Assembly: GCA_040285855.1 (NCBI GenBank)
Contig: JAUFOQ010000004.1
Coordinates: 2,666,001 to 2,730,000, forward strand
DNA: 64,000 bases
Direction of reading: 5' to 3'
Source: Eukaryota sp. GEM-RC1
Lineage: Eukaryota
Positions 39,373-52,115 of this stretch are shown piece by piece. The stretch's first letter is position 1. Every line of letters starts with the position of its first letter. A model generated the notes under the pieces. It saw only the letters and a list, made by a program, of their open reading frames with translations. It was not told where the DNA came from and searched no databases. A program made the position numbers and the translations under genes.

Positions 39373-42300
39373 ATGTCCGACTTTCTTGCAGAAAACAATC
39401 CTTGTGGACAAGCTCTTCTGCGTTTGGTTTCTAGAGCTAACGCTATTGTTGCTGAGCTACTGCGCCTTTCCCAAAATATTCCTGATGTTTTCACTCTTAG
39501 TACAAAGACTGACAAACAACGCTATGGTGCCATCATCTTAGACTTTTCTTATCTTGATCACCCTGAGCAATTTGAATACAGAATTAAACAAGATCCTGAC
39601 CTTATTGATCTCGATGAAGATTTCCCTACCAGTCATATGGACCTTCTAGAACGTTTCTATAAGCTTTTCGAGTCCATAATCAAATACCATACTGATTTGA
39701 TCCATTTCCATCAGCAATTGACAACAGGAGTCTTCATCCAACATACTCTCTCCGGAATACTTGCTGATATCGAAGGAAGACAGTTGCTATCCGAAAGTCT
39801 ATCAATGTTTGCGGTCATTCTTCTTCTTATGGGTATGATCTCTTTCTTGTTTAACTTCAGACATCCACATTCCTGGACCTGTACGAGAACGCCTTGTTGT
39901 CTCTTTCTACCGTTATAAGGGTTCAGCGGAACTTCCCCACTTTGATGAAATCACCAGACTTTGTCGCCACACTGGCTTCCTTCCATCCCACTCTGATCGT
40001 TATGGTTTTCTCACCATTAGTGAGCCATCTCGAGGCAAACGCTCTAAATCCTACCCTCTTGACCTTCTCTCCCGCTTCACCTTCCCTCATGAAATCATAT
40101 CTATGGTTCTAGGACGTCTCAGAGCTGATGACGTCTACTATAGACTTGAAGCTTACCCTAACCCTAATCATAGAAGTGTCGCGCTCTCTTTACAGGCTGC
40201 CCAGATCTTCCTCCTCCTCTTCTTCGATGTTGACGTGTTGAAGAATCAGGATGCAGTTATGAGAGAGATTGTAGATAAGCACTTTTGTGACAATTGGATA
40301 ATCTCTTTCTACCTCGGTCATCTTGTTGATCTTTCCATCGCGTGGGAGCCTTATAAGGCTGCTAGAGCTGCTCTCCAAAACACAATCAACACGTCAACAG
40401 TCAAGAACCTGACTGCCGGTCATATAACTAACATTGGCACGTGTCATCGTCAAGTATTAGAGTACCTTGCTGATGGTGTTTTAACTGAATCATTTGTTCT
40501 AGAAAATGCTGAAACTCTCCTTTCGTTAATCCGTAGTGTTAACGTTTCCTTAAGGTTTCTCCTCTCACACGCTGTTCCTTCTGATGCTAATCCAAAGTAT
40601 CGTCAACTTCTCACCTCAATGATTAACTTGGATAGCGTGGTTGCTTCTTTGTTGTATGTTTCTGACCTGGAGTACAAACTCAAGTCAGTTTTGGAAGGTG
40701 CTCTTTCTGGCAGACAATCACGATGGACTGAATTCCAAAATACAGCTGCTTCTAAAATGTCAGAACTAGCAGACTATTTCGCTGGTGACGCAGCACTTTC
40801 CAGAAAAAGTAAGGATCAGAACCTCCAAAACTGGTTTACCAAGCTTTCTACTGAGATTAAAGGTCTATCTCTCAACGATTCAGTGGTTTCTGGTCGTCAG
40901 ATTGCTTCTTTAATGAATGCTCTTGAAGAAGTAGAACAATTCCATCAAATTGAGAGTTCTCTGCACGTAAAACAGTTCCTTTCAGATACCAGAGATTCGC
41001 TTGCTAAAATGTTGAGAGTTGTTAATCTTTCCAGTAAAACTCTTTTACATTTCACCATTGCCAGTGACTTTGCCTATGCCTGGAGATTCCTTCCAGAGTT
41101 TACCTCTAACATGCAGGAAAGAGTACGGAAAGATCCTAGAGTTGTCCTACATTTAAGGGCACTCTTCCTCAAAGCTGCTAGTATTCTTGAGGTTCCTTTG
41201 GTTAGAATTCAACAGGCAAATTCCTCTGATTTGGCTTCTGTTGCTAACTACTATTCTTGTCAATTGGTTTCCTTTGTGAGAAAGGTTCTACAGGTTGTCC
41301 CCACTGCTATGTTTGATATGTTTTCCTCTGTAATTAATCTAATTAGTCGTAGGTTGACTCCTCTGCCTAATAGAATTCCCAAGGATGAATTACCAAACTT
41401 TGCTCAACTGGAGTTACGTCATCAACTTTCTTATAAAACCCAAGAGATTGCCCTCTTAGCAGAAGGAATCTTGGCTATGCAAAAGACTTTGGTAGGAATT
41501 ATTGAGGTTGATCCAAAGAGTTTGCTTGAAGATGGTGTTGAAGCTGAATTGATTTCTAAGTTGTGTCATTCTATTAATGAGACTTTAGTTTTCAAAAAGA
41601 AAGATCCGGTTGACTTTTGTGAGAAATTTGAAATTTTAGATTCCGAAACAAATTCTCTAAGGACTGCGTTAGAGTACATTCAGGATTATATTTCAATTTA
41701 TGGTCTGAAAATGTGGCAAAAAGTAATGTCTCGAATTATCTACTTCCACGTTGAACAAGAATGTAATTTATTCTTGAGAGACAAAGTCTACTCTTGGGAC
41801 TCTAAGTATCAGTCAGAAGTTGCACCTATTCCCAGGTTGGAGAAGAAAGATATCACATGTGAAACCTTTGTAGGTAGAATTGTTAAGGCTATTTTTGAAA
41901 TAATTGAGTCTAAAAAGGTGTTTTTCTCCTCAGAAACTCAGTCTTTTGTTAGAAAAAGTTCTTCTGGGGATATTGAAGTTTTGAATCAGACGATATTTGC
42001 CAAGATGTACAAAGTTTTGGGAGCATTTGGAATTACTGGTCTTGATCGAATGTTTGCTTTTGTTTGTGTTCGAGACTTGAGATTTTTGTATAAGGATTTG
42101 AACCGTCTTTCAAAACCAAAACTTAAAAATTTAAAATCTGCTTCTAGTTCAATTAATTCTGCTTTGGATAGTAAAGATCTTCCGTCTTTAGCCAAGAATT
42201 TCACCTCATTGTCTAAGAAACTTTCTGAACTAGTTACTTCTGTTCTTTTACGTATCAAGTCTTTAGGTTCAGCTCAATTGGTGAGAATATCCTTCCAAAA

Positions 42301-42874
42301 TCATTTGAAGTTGACCTCAGAGTTGGATGCATTCACGTTGTCCCGACTTCTACACTCAACCAACCAATCAATTATTCATCAAATCAAGGAGTACAGTCGT
42401 GATTCAGATTCTGTTCAATATCCTGATAATTCTGACCTATTAAATGATATTTCAATTATGACTGATTCTTTAGGATATGATGATCCTTTACTGAAACTGT
42501 ATTCTGTACCTCCTTCTAGTTTAGAATCCATTGATCTTCCTCTTTGCATGGTTGCTGTTTTGGTCACTATTTGCCAGGGCTTAGCCCAGGTTAATAATGG
42601 CTTGGTTGATCTTGGAGCTGATGTATTGTCTTTTGATGATCATGATGCTATTGTCCTATTTGCTGGTTTTGCGTCACTTGTTCGCCAATTTCCAATGGAC
42701 TTGAGACATAAGATTGTACATTTATTGGCTATGTATATTAAGTCAATGCTGGATGTTGGAAATAATAATGAAGCTCTTTCTATGCTGAATGTTATTCGTC
42801 AATTGGTAGATTTAAAATTGTTTTCTCGGCCAGAATTGGAGCTTCATCTTGATCCTTGTGTTTTAAGTTTATAG
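39373..42874 (+). CDS. WASHC5: Strumpellin (WASH complex subunit 5); exons 39373-39832 and 39861-42874
   Basis: MSDFLAENNPCGQALLRLVSRANAIVAELLRLS. After splicing, MDIHIPGPVRERLVVSFYRYKG reads without stops into ORF 40103-42874 (GRLRADDVY, MREIVDKHF.DNW). Confidence 0.93.
39833..39860 (+). other. 28-nt spliceosomal intron
   Basis: gtatgatctctttcttgtttaacttcag; removal restores the conserved strumpellin frame. Confidence 0.85.
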
Positions 42875-43764
42875 AATGTGTATTTATTTCTAAATTATTG
42901 ATGTTAAACTTGTATTTTATCCATACTTGGGTATCACACTTTTTTGCATTTTGTGATACATGTGAATCACACATATCACATCACAACATCACAGTGTGAT
43001 ATGTGTGATATTTGCGGTATATCACATCACAAACATAGACAGTACTGATCTTACTACCATATATATTAACAAACTTGAACTATATTTTCTGCTAGATACG
43101 AGGGCTTTGGGATTGTGCAACTCCATCGAACCTTCTAACCATTGATTGTGATTGAGAATCAGAGTCAATAGTCGCAAATTTTTCAACTGAAACTAAATTT
43201 AAAGGAGACCTCTTATGGTAATCAAATCAAAAGCCGCACGTATAGTCTATTGTTGAATGATCTTCAATGTAGCTGTGGAAACACAAGATGATTACAAAAA
43301 GTATTACTGACTCTTAAACATGTGAAACGTGTTGAATATGTGTAAGAAATATGTCTTTCGGATGTATCAATAATGTACGATGGTATAGGAAAAGTGGATT
43401 GAATTTTCGAAATGATGTCGAAAAAATCGTAAAAAGAGGCTGAACAACCGATTTGATCATATGAAAGTAAATTGTATTCTGTTTGTAAAAACCACTTTCC
43501 GCATCGTCGCAAATGCTTTTCTATCAGTGAGTTCCTTTTTCAAGTATATAGCTGTTGTCATGTGACATAGAAGACAGAATGTAATCGTGAACCCTTGCAT
43601 TCTGTTTGATTGAATCATAGTACGAATTGATCGAGTTTAGTCTTCAATTCGAATAGAACACGATATTTTATTCATCTACGTTCAGCTGTTCATGATGGTG
43701 TACGTGATTCGTGTTAAGTCTATGTTTAAATCACTTGGTTTGCCCATATTTGGTGTATTTCGAC

Positions 43765-45663
43765 CAGTGATCGTCAAACCGTCAAATAAAAATAGCGTAT
43801 TTACGGTTTTACCGTAAATATGGTACGGTACCAACTACTGCTTTCCGTAAAATAGAGTTTGTCGTAAAATACGGATATTATTTACGGTAAAACATTTCCG
43901 TAAAATATGTATTTTTCCGTAAACAATGCCAAGACGATCCACTTCTTTACGAAGCTGGCAAACCCTCCACAGCCTCCCAGGAACCATTCTGTAATCTCTT
44001 CCGACTGCTACAAGTGCAAATACTGTCAACCCATTTTTGTCACTTGGCTTAAGAAGGAAAGGGATACACCAATCTTCTGTACCATGCCAAAGCTGATCAT
44101 CTTGATGAGTACCATAGTTTTGAATCTGCGGAACATCCAGAAAATATTACTCAATTTGATGTTCCAATTCTCTCGAAAAATGCTACACAAACTTAGTAAA
44201 GACTCTTGAGACTGCTGATGTCTTTACTAAGTCATTGCAGTACAAAAACGTTTCTTTGCTAGGAGCAAAAGAATAATGAGACGATTTCAGCAAGAGTTCG
44301 CAGACTTTGCTCCTTTCCAGTATGTTTAAGACGACAGCAGTATCGTTCCGTCGCCTGCATTCGAAGCCGCAGTTGTTAAAGTGCTTGAAAAACGGGAAAA
44401 CGACCTTTATGAAGAAGAAAAAGCAACGATAATCAGTTTCCAGCGGCCCGTACTTGACGCAGGACAAGCTAGACGTTCATCAAATCTACAATCATAACTA
44501 AACAGTCTTCAGCAGGAAGAAAGTGCTCATTCCGACTACATAAGCTTACAATTCATTTCTGCTACATCGAATGAAGCAGAACGGCTGTTTTCACAGGCTA
44601 AGAGATCGATTGGTTCTCAGCGTCGCCGTTTGAAATGGAGTTCACTAGAACAACAATTGTTCCTCTCATATAACAGAAAGTATTGGGACATGTATTTAGT
44701 CGACAAGATACTGCAGTGGTTCCCAAATGACGACGATGAGAATGACGAATCTGACATCAGTGAATTGGACATCGATGGTATTTAGAAGATAAGAGGAATG
44801 TATTCATAGTTGGGAAATATACCACCTCCGAAAATAAAATACACAAAAATACAAAATAATGCAAATTTCTAACATAATATTATTTTGTTATTTTCATTTG
44901 TTGAAATATTAGAAATACCGTTTAATATCACCAATCAATGTCACTTTCGATTAGCTCTCAAGCCTGAGACATTATCAGATTCTACATCCTGATTTATCAG
45001 TAGCATTGAGTGTTTACCATTTGCAAGGTACATCTGGAACTTTCATCTTATCCGATTTGGTGTCTTTGATTACGTATTTTGAGAATGTCTCAAATATAAA
45101 ACAAACCCAATTAATTAGTGTATTCTGTTTAACGACCAATTCAAAGGTACTGGACATAAACAATGGTGTTTCACAGAAGATGACTAAGAATGTTGAGTTT
45201 TTAAAGTAGATTCGTAGCTTAATGTTACTGATTATGGGTTGATTAGATATTCTGATTACTGAAACATGCATAATTCATGGGCATATGACCGCTTGAATAG
45301 TCAAAATGAACGTTCTGGAAAAAATACAAAAACAAACTTTAAACCGACTTTAAAATATACAGTAAAATACAAAAAATACAAAAAAGTGTATTTCCCAACT
45401 ATGAATGTATTGTTGAAATAAATATGATATTGAACATTAAGAAATTATTACTACAAACAAACTAGAACGAACATTATCATATCAATTCTTGTTGTTGTCA
45501 ATCCAAAAATAAATTTACGGTGAAATACGGTTCCGTATTGCAATTATTTACGGAAAGTAATAATGTTGCCGTAAAATGCATCGTTCCGTAAAATACGGAA
45601 ATGTTTTTACGGAGTTGTCTGAAAAGTTACCGTATTTACGGTTTTATATTTTGACGATCACTG
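43765..45663 (+). mobile_element. hAT element with decayed transposase (middle layer)
   Basis: TIR cagtgatcgtcaaa, 8-bp TSD atttcgac. BED-finger remnant YKCKYC..GYTNLLYHAKADH and dimerization motif ATSNEAERLFSQAK..QRRRL..LEQQLFL..NRKYWD (about 44550-44690). Confidence 0.9.
44805..45403. mobile_element. hAT-type MITE (inner layer)
   Basis: TIR catagttgggaaata(t/c)ac. 8-bp TSD aatgtatt at 44797-44804 and 45404-45411. Confidence 0.9.
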
Positions 45664-46284
45664 ATTTCGACCCCCCACAAGCATCACAAAAATCACTCAC
45701 AAATATCACATCACAAAAAGTGTGATACCCAAGTATGATTTTATCATACTTGGTGGATCTTCTGTTACTATGTACTAGAATTCACAGTAATCTAATCAAA
45801 CAACAACCCCACCTTCAATTTGTTTGTAGATGATGACACTATAGAAACCATCATATATGTGTGACATTTGATCATCATGCACCAACTCTTAGTAAGAAAA
45901 GAACTCACTGAATTCAAGACACACTTACAGAGGACAATGAATGATTAATGAACGGTTCACCTAAACTTGATTTCTTTGATTATATAATACCTTAGCATAA
46001 GATAGAGTAAAGAGGCAGTTTCAGAAGAGTTTCAAAGGGTGAAAGTGTAATATAATCTTAATGAGGGATATATCAGGATATATGTCTATATTTGTTCAAA
46101 CGACAAAAATGCGTATCAAATATTTAATGTATGAGATTTTGTCAAGAAAAGAGTCTACATATTTGCAACAATACATTAATACACACCAATTCAAAAAAAG
46201 CGGATTTATGTGTGGAGAAAAACACCCAACAAAAAACAACAACAAATAGATAAAGACTATTAAAACAAATAATCAAACGAACTA

Positions 46285-47119
46285 CAGTCTACCCTCCCAT
46301 TAGTACAAGCTTATGGACAGACCTTAATGGGAGTTTTACCTTAATGAGAGGTTTTGATTGTACAGACATGAACAGCAGACGACAGCTTTTTATGACAAAT
46401 AAACCAACAAACTATGACTCTTGTGCACCATTCGGTGATGAATTGAAGATGGCACGGATGTACCACCACGGGTAATCGTCGTCCAAATTTAAGTGGTGGG
46501 ATTAAGGAAAAATATTGCTGAACAAATCAGCAAATAGCAATAATCTCTCAGATATCTGCTAAATGGATGGATGAGAGAAGGAGAGAACTAGTGCTAACAG
46601 AGAGGGCGATATAAGAGCGAGAAAGGTCAAGGACGGACCTGAAAGCACCAATATAGGAAAGGAGGAAGGCTACAACTTCAAATCCAGCAAATACAGGCAT
46701 CAGCAGGGGGAGATGTTCACAAGAAGGTCTTCTATCTCAAGACCATCAACAAGGGACAACTTTAGAACACTGTCAATCAGCTCTTCTTCTTCTTCATGGA
46801 TCAGTACGGGCTCTTCTTTGTCGAGGCATTCGTCATGAACAAAGACCAGAGAACTAATGGAATGATGTCCTATGGATCTGGTATTCACAAAAAATCACCG
46901 AAGTAACTGATCCAGAGGCTTGTAACTGTTTAACTGGTTGAAAGTGTCATGAAAAGAAGGTATGTAATGATGTGATACGAAAAATAGAAGAGCGAAAAAG
47001 TTTGTGTTAAGAACTGCAGTGCAATGGCAAGGGCACGGGAATCGAAAAGGACACGACAAAAAGTGGGCACTGAAAATTTTACCTTGATGGGAGGGAAACC
47101 TTAATGGGAGGGTAGACTG
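46285..47119. mobile_element. Tc1/mariner/pogo-type non-autonomous element
   Basis: 18-bp TIR cagtctaccctcccatta, TA on both sides. Confidence 0.85.
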
Positions 47120-47129
47120 TACTAGTATT

Positions 47130-47461
47130 CTCTAAAACATGTAAAACATGTTGAATACGAATTATGCCTTTTGGCGTTTCAATTTTTGTCCGTTTAGGAA
47201 AAAGTGCATTGATTTTTTTACGCAATTTCGGAAAAATCGCAAAAATAGGATAAACAAACGATTTGATGTTATGTTATGGTTGAATCGCATCGTATTTTAC
47301 TATTTTGAAAACAATTCCCCTAATCATCTCCAAAGTTTTATTAGCTGTGAGTTCCCATTAGGACAAAGCTGTTGTAAGATTTGACAGCGACGGGTGTTGT
47401 TTTAATGATATCAAATTTTAGTTGTTTGGTTAGAATAAATATCAAAAAATACAAAAAAAAA
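47130..47461 (+). mobile_element. 5'-truncated RLE LINE copy with poly(A)
   Basis: Frameshifted MPFGVSIF..WLNRIVF motifs, aataaa, A-tract to about 47463. Reconstructed 13-bp TSD aactactagtatt. Confidence 0.75.
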
Positions 47462-47466
47462 AACTA

Positions 47467-47549
47467 CGCTGGTCACAATATTTAGTCTGCGTGGAAAATT
47501 TGTCTCAGTGCACAATTAGTCTCACTGAGACTAATTGTTGTGACCAGTG
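47467..47549. mobile_element. 83-bp TA-flanked MITE
   Basis: TIR c(g/a)ctggtcacaa. Shares the attagtctcactgagactaat palindrome with 48242-48855. Confidence 0.75.
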
Positions 47550-47840
47550 TACTAGTATTTCATAATTAAGTATTACCAAAGTACACATAAGATCATTGAC
47601 CTTAGTCTTTTCAGATTTGGATAGACCAATAGCAAATTCATTCAAAACACAAATATCAAACAGACTTTTACCCTTGCAACAGCAACAATATTGTTGTGTC
47701 TCCATTAGCGGAAGTGACCATACACTATGACAAAACCATTCAACGGGTAAAAGTCATAACATCATTAAGTAGTACTTATGATAATGTTCATACAGTGTTT
47801 CTAATAACACTAATAATGAAATTTTTGTTAATTTTGTTTA

Positions 47841-49090
47841 CATTATAATCTCTCCAATTGAAACACCTCGGTGACTGACGTTTTGTTTCAACTGGGGAGT
47901 TTTCATTTGCAGAGAGTTTGTGTCTGCATCAATAAAACTGTTTTTAGGATTATATATTTATTAAGACTCAATAATACCATCATTTGGATGGACCCCAGCT
48001 CAAAGAGCTTGCTGTTTGCAGTTTGAACACCATTTTCTTTCCAAACTACTTCCAGTTCTCTTCAGTGATCAGTGATGACTCGAAGTCGTGATGTTAGAAA
48101 CGCCTTCTTTCACGTGTATGCTTCGGCATTGTTCCTTTCAGATCGATGCTAAGAGTGGTGTAACTCATACTATAGAAGATTTTGAGAGAAACAATCTGTG
48201 TTAGTACAGCTGTGGTTATTGAAAAGTCGAATGAACTACTACACTGGTTTGTCTAATTAGTCTCATCAACTAATTAGTCTCATCAGCAATTTAGTCTCAG
48301 TGAGACTAATTCTAAAATTGACCTTCAAATTTTGTCAGTGAGACTATAATCCAAATAAACTCTGTGTATATTTCTATTATTTTTGGTTTTTCCTATGTCC
48401 TATCTTTTAGGATCTCATGTCTCTTCATAACCAATAGCTTTCAGTGGCTGTTTCCGTTTAAGCACGCATCCCTCGACCTCACAACCCTGCTGTTAGTACC
48501 TCCGACGAAGATAATTGGAATTCTGATGGTATTACGGACTAGATAAGCTGTAGTTAGACGTGGACTCAGTTTTAGCAATTAAGCATCACTCAAATGTACC
48601 TTGTTTTTGAAGAACATAATGGAAAATATTCGGAGTGTTTTTATGGCAATCATATTATCAATGATCAATAGTTGTTCGCAATGAATAGTAATAAGCAATG
48701 GTAAAGTATTCTTGAAATTAGTCTCACCTTTTGAATTAGTCTCATCAGCAAATTAGTCTCATCAGATAAATAGTCTCAGTGAGACTAATTCTAAAATTGA
48801 TGATGAAAACTTCCTTGGAAATTAGTCTCAGTGAGACTAATTAGACAAACCAGTGTAGTACTTCATGTTGAGTTATAATTCCACATTATTGAGTTTATAG
48901 TCAAACAAACATTATAAGGAGCATAAATGAATTAAGATCTACTAGAAAATGGTGAGACATTTGTAAAAATTTGAAGAAAATGTTTCAAATCGGTTCGAAA
49001 AAGTGTTTCAATTTTCAATTTAGTAATAAATGACTATGTGGCACGGGTTTTACTTCAATTAGAGAGGTTTCAATTGGAGAAATTAGACTG
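47841..49090. mobile_element. TA-flanked non-autonomous DNA transposon containing a nested MITE
   Basis: Imperfect TIR cattataatctctccaattgaaac / gtttcaattggagaaattagactg, TA flanks. Confidence 0.7.
48242..48855. mobile_element. 614-bp TA-flanked MITE with attagtctca subterminal repeats
   Basis: Perfect 24-bp TIR cactggtttgtctaattagtctca. Absent from the duplicate (empty site gaactactagtac near 55319). Confidence 0.92.
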
Positions 49091-49212
49091 TACGTCTTTA
49101 GCCTTTATGTATCTTTACCAGATAAAAGATTTTTTTCTAATAAAGAATTGTACAATAACAATTATGTATACAGTTTATTCTTGAACATCTTTACCAAAGA
49201 AGAATACTAGTA

Positions 49213-51797
49213 TTAACCCTCTATGGATTCATTCACCCAAGCAACAATTTCTTCCCCAACCTTGTACTTGTGTTCAGCAACGGTAAGTGAATGACACATA
49301 GCCTGGATAGCCTGTTGTACTTTGGTGAACTGGGTTTGCTTCAGAAAGTAAAAGAACTGATCATCAGACGATTTACAATAATCAAACGCAAATGAACTCT
49401 GAGAAAAAGAACCAAAACTGAGTAATAATGGAACAGTGTAACATTCAAGAGGTTTAAAATCAACAAAATCATTAGATTGAAGATGACCTAGGTGAGAGCT
49501 TGAATACGCACCCGTTTTGATCTGTACTTTGACGATTCCCAAGTACTGACTACCTTGACCAGCTTTAATTGCCTTCCTTATCACATCTACTGTAGGAATT
49601 TTACAGCTTGGAGACCTGCAATCAGGAACTTTTAACAAAGGGATCAGAGCATCAACACTTCTTGTCTTATCAGGGAGCATAATAACTGCTCGATAAATAA
49701 AGGCACCGAGCAGGAGATTGTAAAATTTGTTAGAATCTTTTAGAACACTTCGATCTTGAAGCAACATAGTTTCAGCAATAGAAATCAAAAAATCCTTTGA
49801 GGAGGGGTTGTCTGACTGATCCAAATCAGGTGATTTTACGTCAACACTGAAGCATTGTTCATTCAAAAAATGGTCTAATGGAATTGGTAGTAAATGGTCG
49901 AACAACATGTCTTCAGAAGAAATTTGCTTATCTTCAAAAAAGGACTTACGACTGATTTGGAACAATGAGAGTAGAACACCTACAGCTATAGGTTCAAATA
50001 AAACTCCAAAAGTGGTGGATGCTACATGAGTAGACACAAGCTCTCTTAAAACCTGTATAAGAAGATCTTGCCACTGAGACTCCTTTTCTAGAATCTTTTC
50101 CAAGCAAAATGTGCTACTAAAGGATCAACAGAGGGACGTAGATAAGAATAAGACAACTCGACACCATCATCAGATTTTACAGTAGAGAACTCAACAATAG
50201 CCAAGGAGTATTGGACAAACTTTGTAAGTAAGGACTCATGCATTGCAACACCTGGTAACATAATAGTAAGAAAAGCCGCCACTTCGGACTGTAAATTGGT
50301 GATACCGAATGACGCATCAACCTTGGTTTTTAACAAACTCAAAAATTCTTCGAGAATATCATCATCGGTAATCGATTCTGTAAGCTTCATATAGCTCACC
50401 CAAAGAGGTCTACATGATAGAGCATTTTCCAAACTTAACAGCAGAGAAATATCTGATTTGAATTTGAAATCTGAGAATATTTGAATTGCACCATTAGAAA
50501 CAGGTGGGATTGTTAATCCAATGTGAACAGGCTTCAGACTGAAGACATAGGGTCGACCCGGACGATACCATTCCTTTTTTTGGACATCGTGAGAAAAGTT
50601 GGAGAGTGATGTATGAGTTCCAGCGACAACAATCATCAATTTTAGTGTAGAATACCTAAGGTTTCGTGCTGCATGACGATAACAGCGGAAAAGATTCCAA
50701 TCACAACCGAGTAGATCGTCGGGAGAATCTTCACCAATATTTAAATATTGATGAATTTTAGAGAAAGGATCAGGACTCAAAAGACTACTGGCTTCATCTG
50801 TGAATAGAATATACTTTAACTCTTTGAAATTTGAAGGCAACATGGCTAGTAATTTGCCAGTGACTTCCTTGATACAAAGTAGATCATTGTACTCATCGAA
50901 CAAATTAGTGGCTCTGGCAGCGATCTCCTCACCTATTTTAACAAAATTTGACTGTACAAAAGGGTCTTTGATGTACTTTGTATCGTGACTAATAGTAAAA
51001 CTTGCAATTATGAGACATTGACAAGCGACTACGAAGTTTCGAACCTTGCGTTCTCGCGTTAGTGTACCAAGGGAACGGCAATGATCAAGTACATGTGCAA
51101 AGAATGCAACAAGCCGAGGGGAAGTTGCTGGCCAAGTTCCCAAGAGACGTTCATTCAAGTAACGAGGGAAGGTAAAGTAAGTAGCATTGTACTTATCTGG
51201 CTTGTTCTGAAAAGAGCGGCATTGTTCCAACATGAAACGAGTTTTCCCTGTACCAGTGGAATTAATGATCGGAAGCACGTTTGAATGGAATTTATCAAGG
51301 AATTTGCGATCTTCGAGGTACATGTCAAGCAGATCTGGGAAGGTTCTGTCCAACTGAGATTGTTGATAGCTTGGATGAACAAAGTTCCAACTGGAAGGGG
51401 GAAGCTCGGAAGTAGCACGAGTATCTTGAACGTAGCGGACTTGATGATGTATCTGTCTATCTATGCTGTCAAATAGATCAATGATGAATGCATCGTCTTG
51501 GGCAGAGACTTTGAGGAGACAAAACTTACCAAGTTCAGAACATGTGTCTTTAAGGAGTTTGGACTCATTAGAGAACTTATTTGGCAAATACAACAAAAAT
51601 GAGGGGGACACAAGCTCCGTTTCAGTTTGGGTATACAACTCTTGATACTCTCTAAGACATGTTTCGCTGAACTCAGAGTACTGTGTAGTAGGGATGGTAT
51701 GGACGGGAGAAGCCATAAAGTCAAAGTTCCTAACAAATGACAAACAGAATGTTGTTTCATCCCAAATTGAGTGTCTCCAAGTAATTTGTTCCCTCAT
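49213..51797 (-). CDS. Crinkler/RHS-type (CR) effector-like protein: P-loop NTPase plus PD-(D/E)XK-like nuclease; frameshift near 50097
   Basis: Walker A IINSTGTGKTRFM, Walker B ILFTDEASSLL, VVAGTHTSLSNF. C-terminal SVDALIP...IVKVQIKTG. The T4 run near 50096 is T5 in the duplicate (56556), which reads through in frame. Start could be 51797 or 51716. Confidence 0.65.
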
Positions 51798-52115
51798 GAC
51801 TCACTCTCTGTTTATATTCATCATCACACATTGTAGTGGTTTCCCATCTTTTCTGATGTATCATTAACATTTTTTGTCGAACTCTATTATTCACTGTGGG
51901 AAGGACACTGTAAGTCGAGTTTGATGGATCAAAGCAGGCAAAAGCAATCATTATGGTCAGACGATTTTGCAGTCAGGTATAGATTACAAAAATTGTCATC
52001 AAAATGTTTGCTTGCACAACAATAGTGATCAAAACGGTTCTTTAATACTAATGTGAATGTGCTTGTTATGAAAAACAGTTTGTATATTTAATATTGATGT
52101 GAACACACCAAAATT

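Larger units (their letters stand above)
42922..45737. mobile_element. hAT-type non-autonomous element (outer layer of nest)
   Basis: TIR catacttgggtatcacacttttt / aaaaagtgtgatacccaagtatg. 8-bp TSD attttatc at 42914-42921 and 45738-45745. Empty site in the duplicate near 52818. Confidence 0.9.

Noticed and set aside
38181..39541. Short ORFs overlapping MPP10 and the WASHC5 start
   Set aside because: Alternate-frame or antisense by-products of conserved genes.
48250..48845. CRISPR-like short repeats (attagtctca)
   Set aside because: Irregular short spacing, bounded by TIRs and TA, absent in the duplicate, no cas genes, eukaryotic context.
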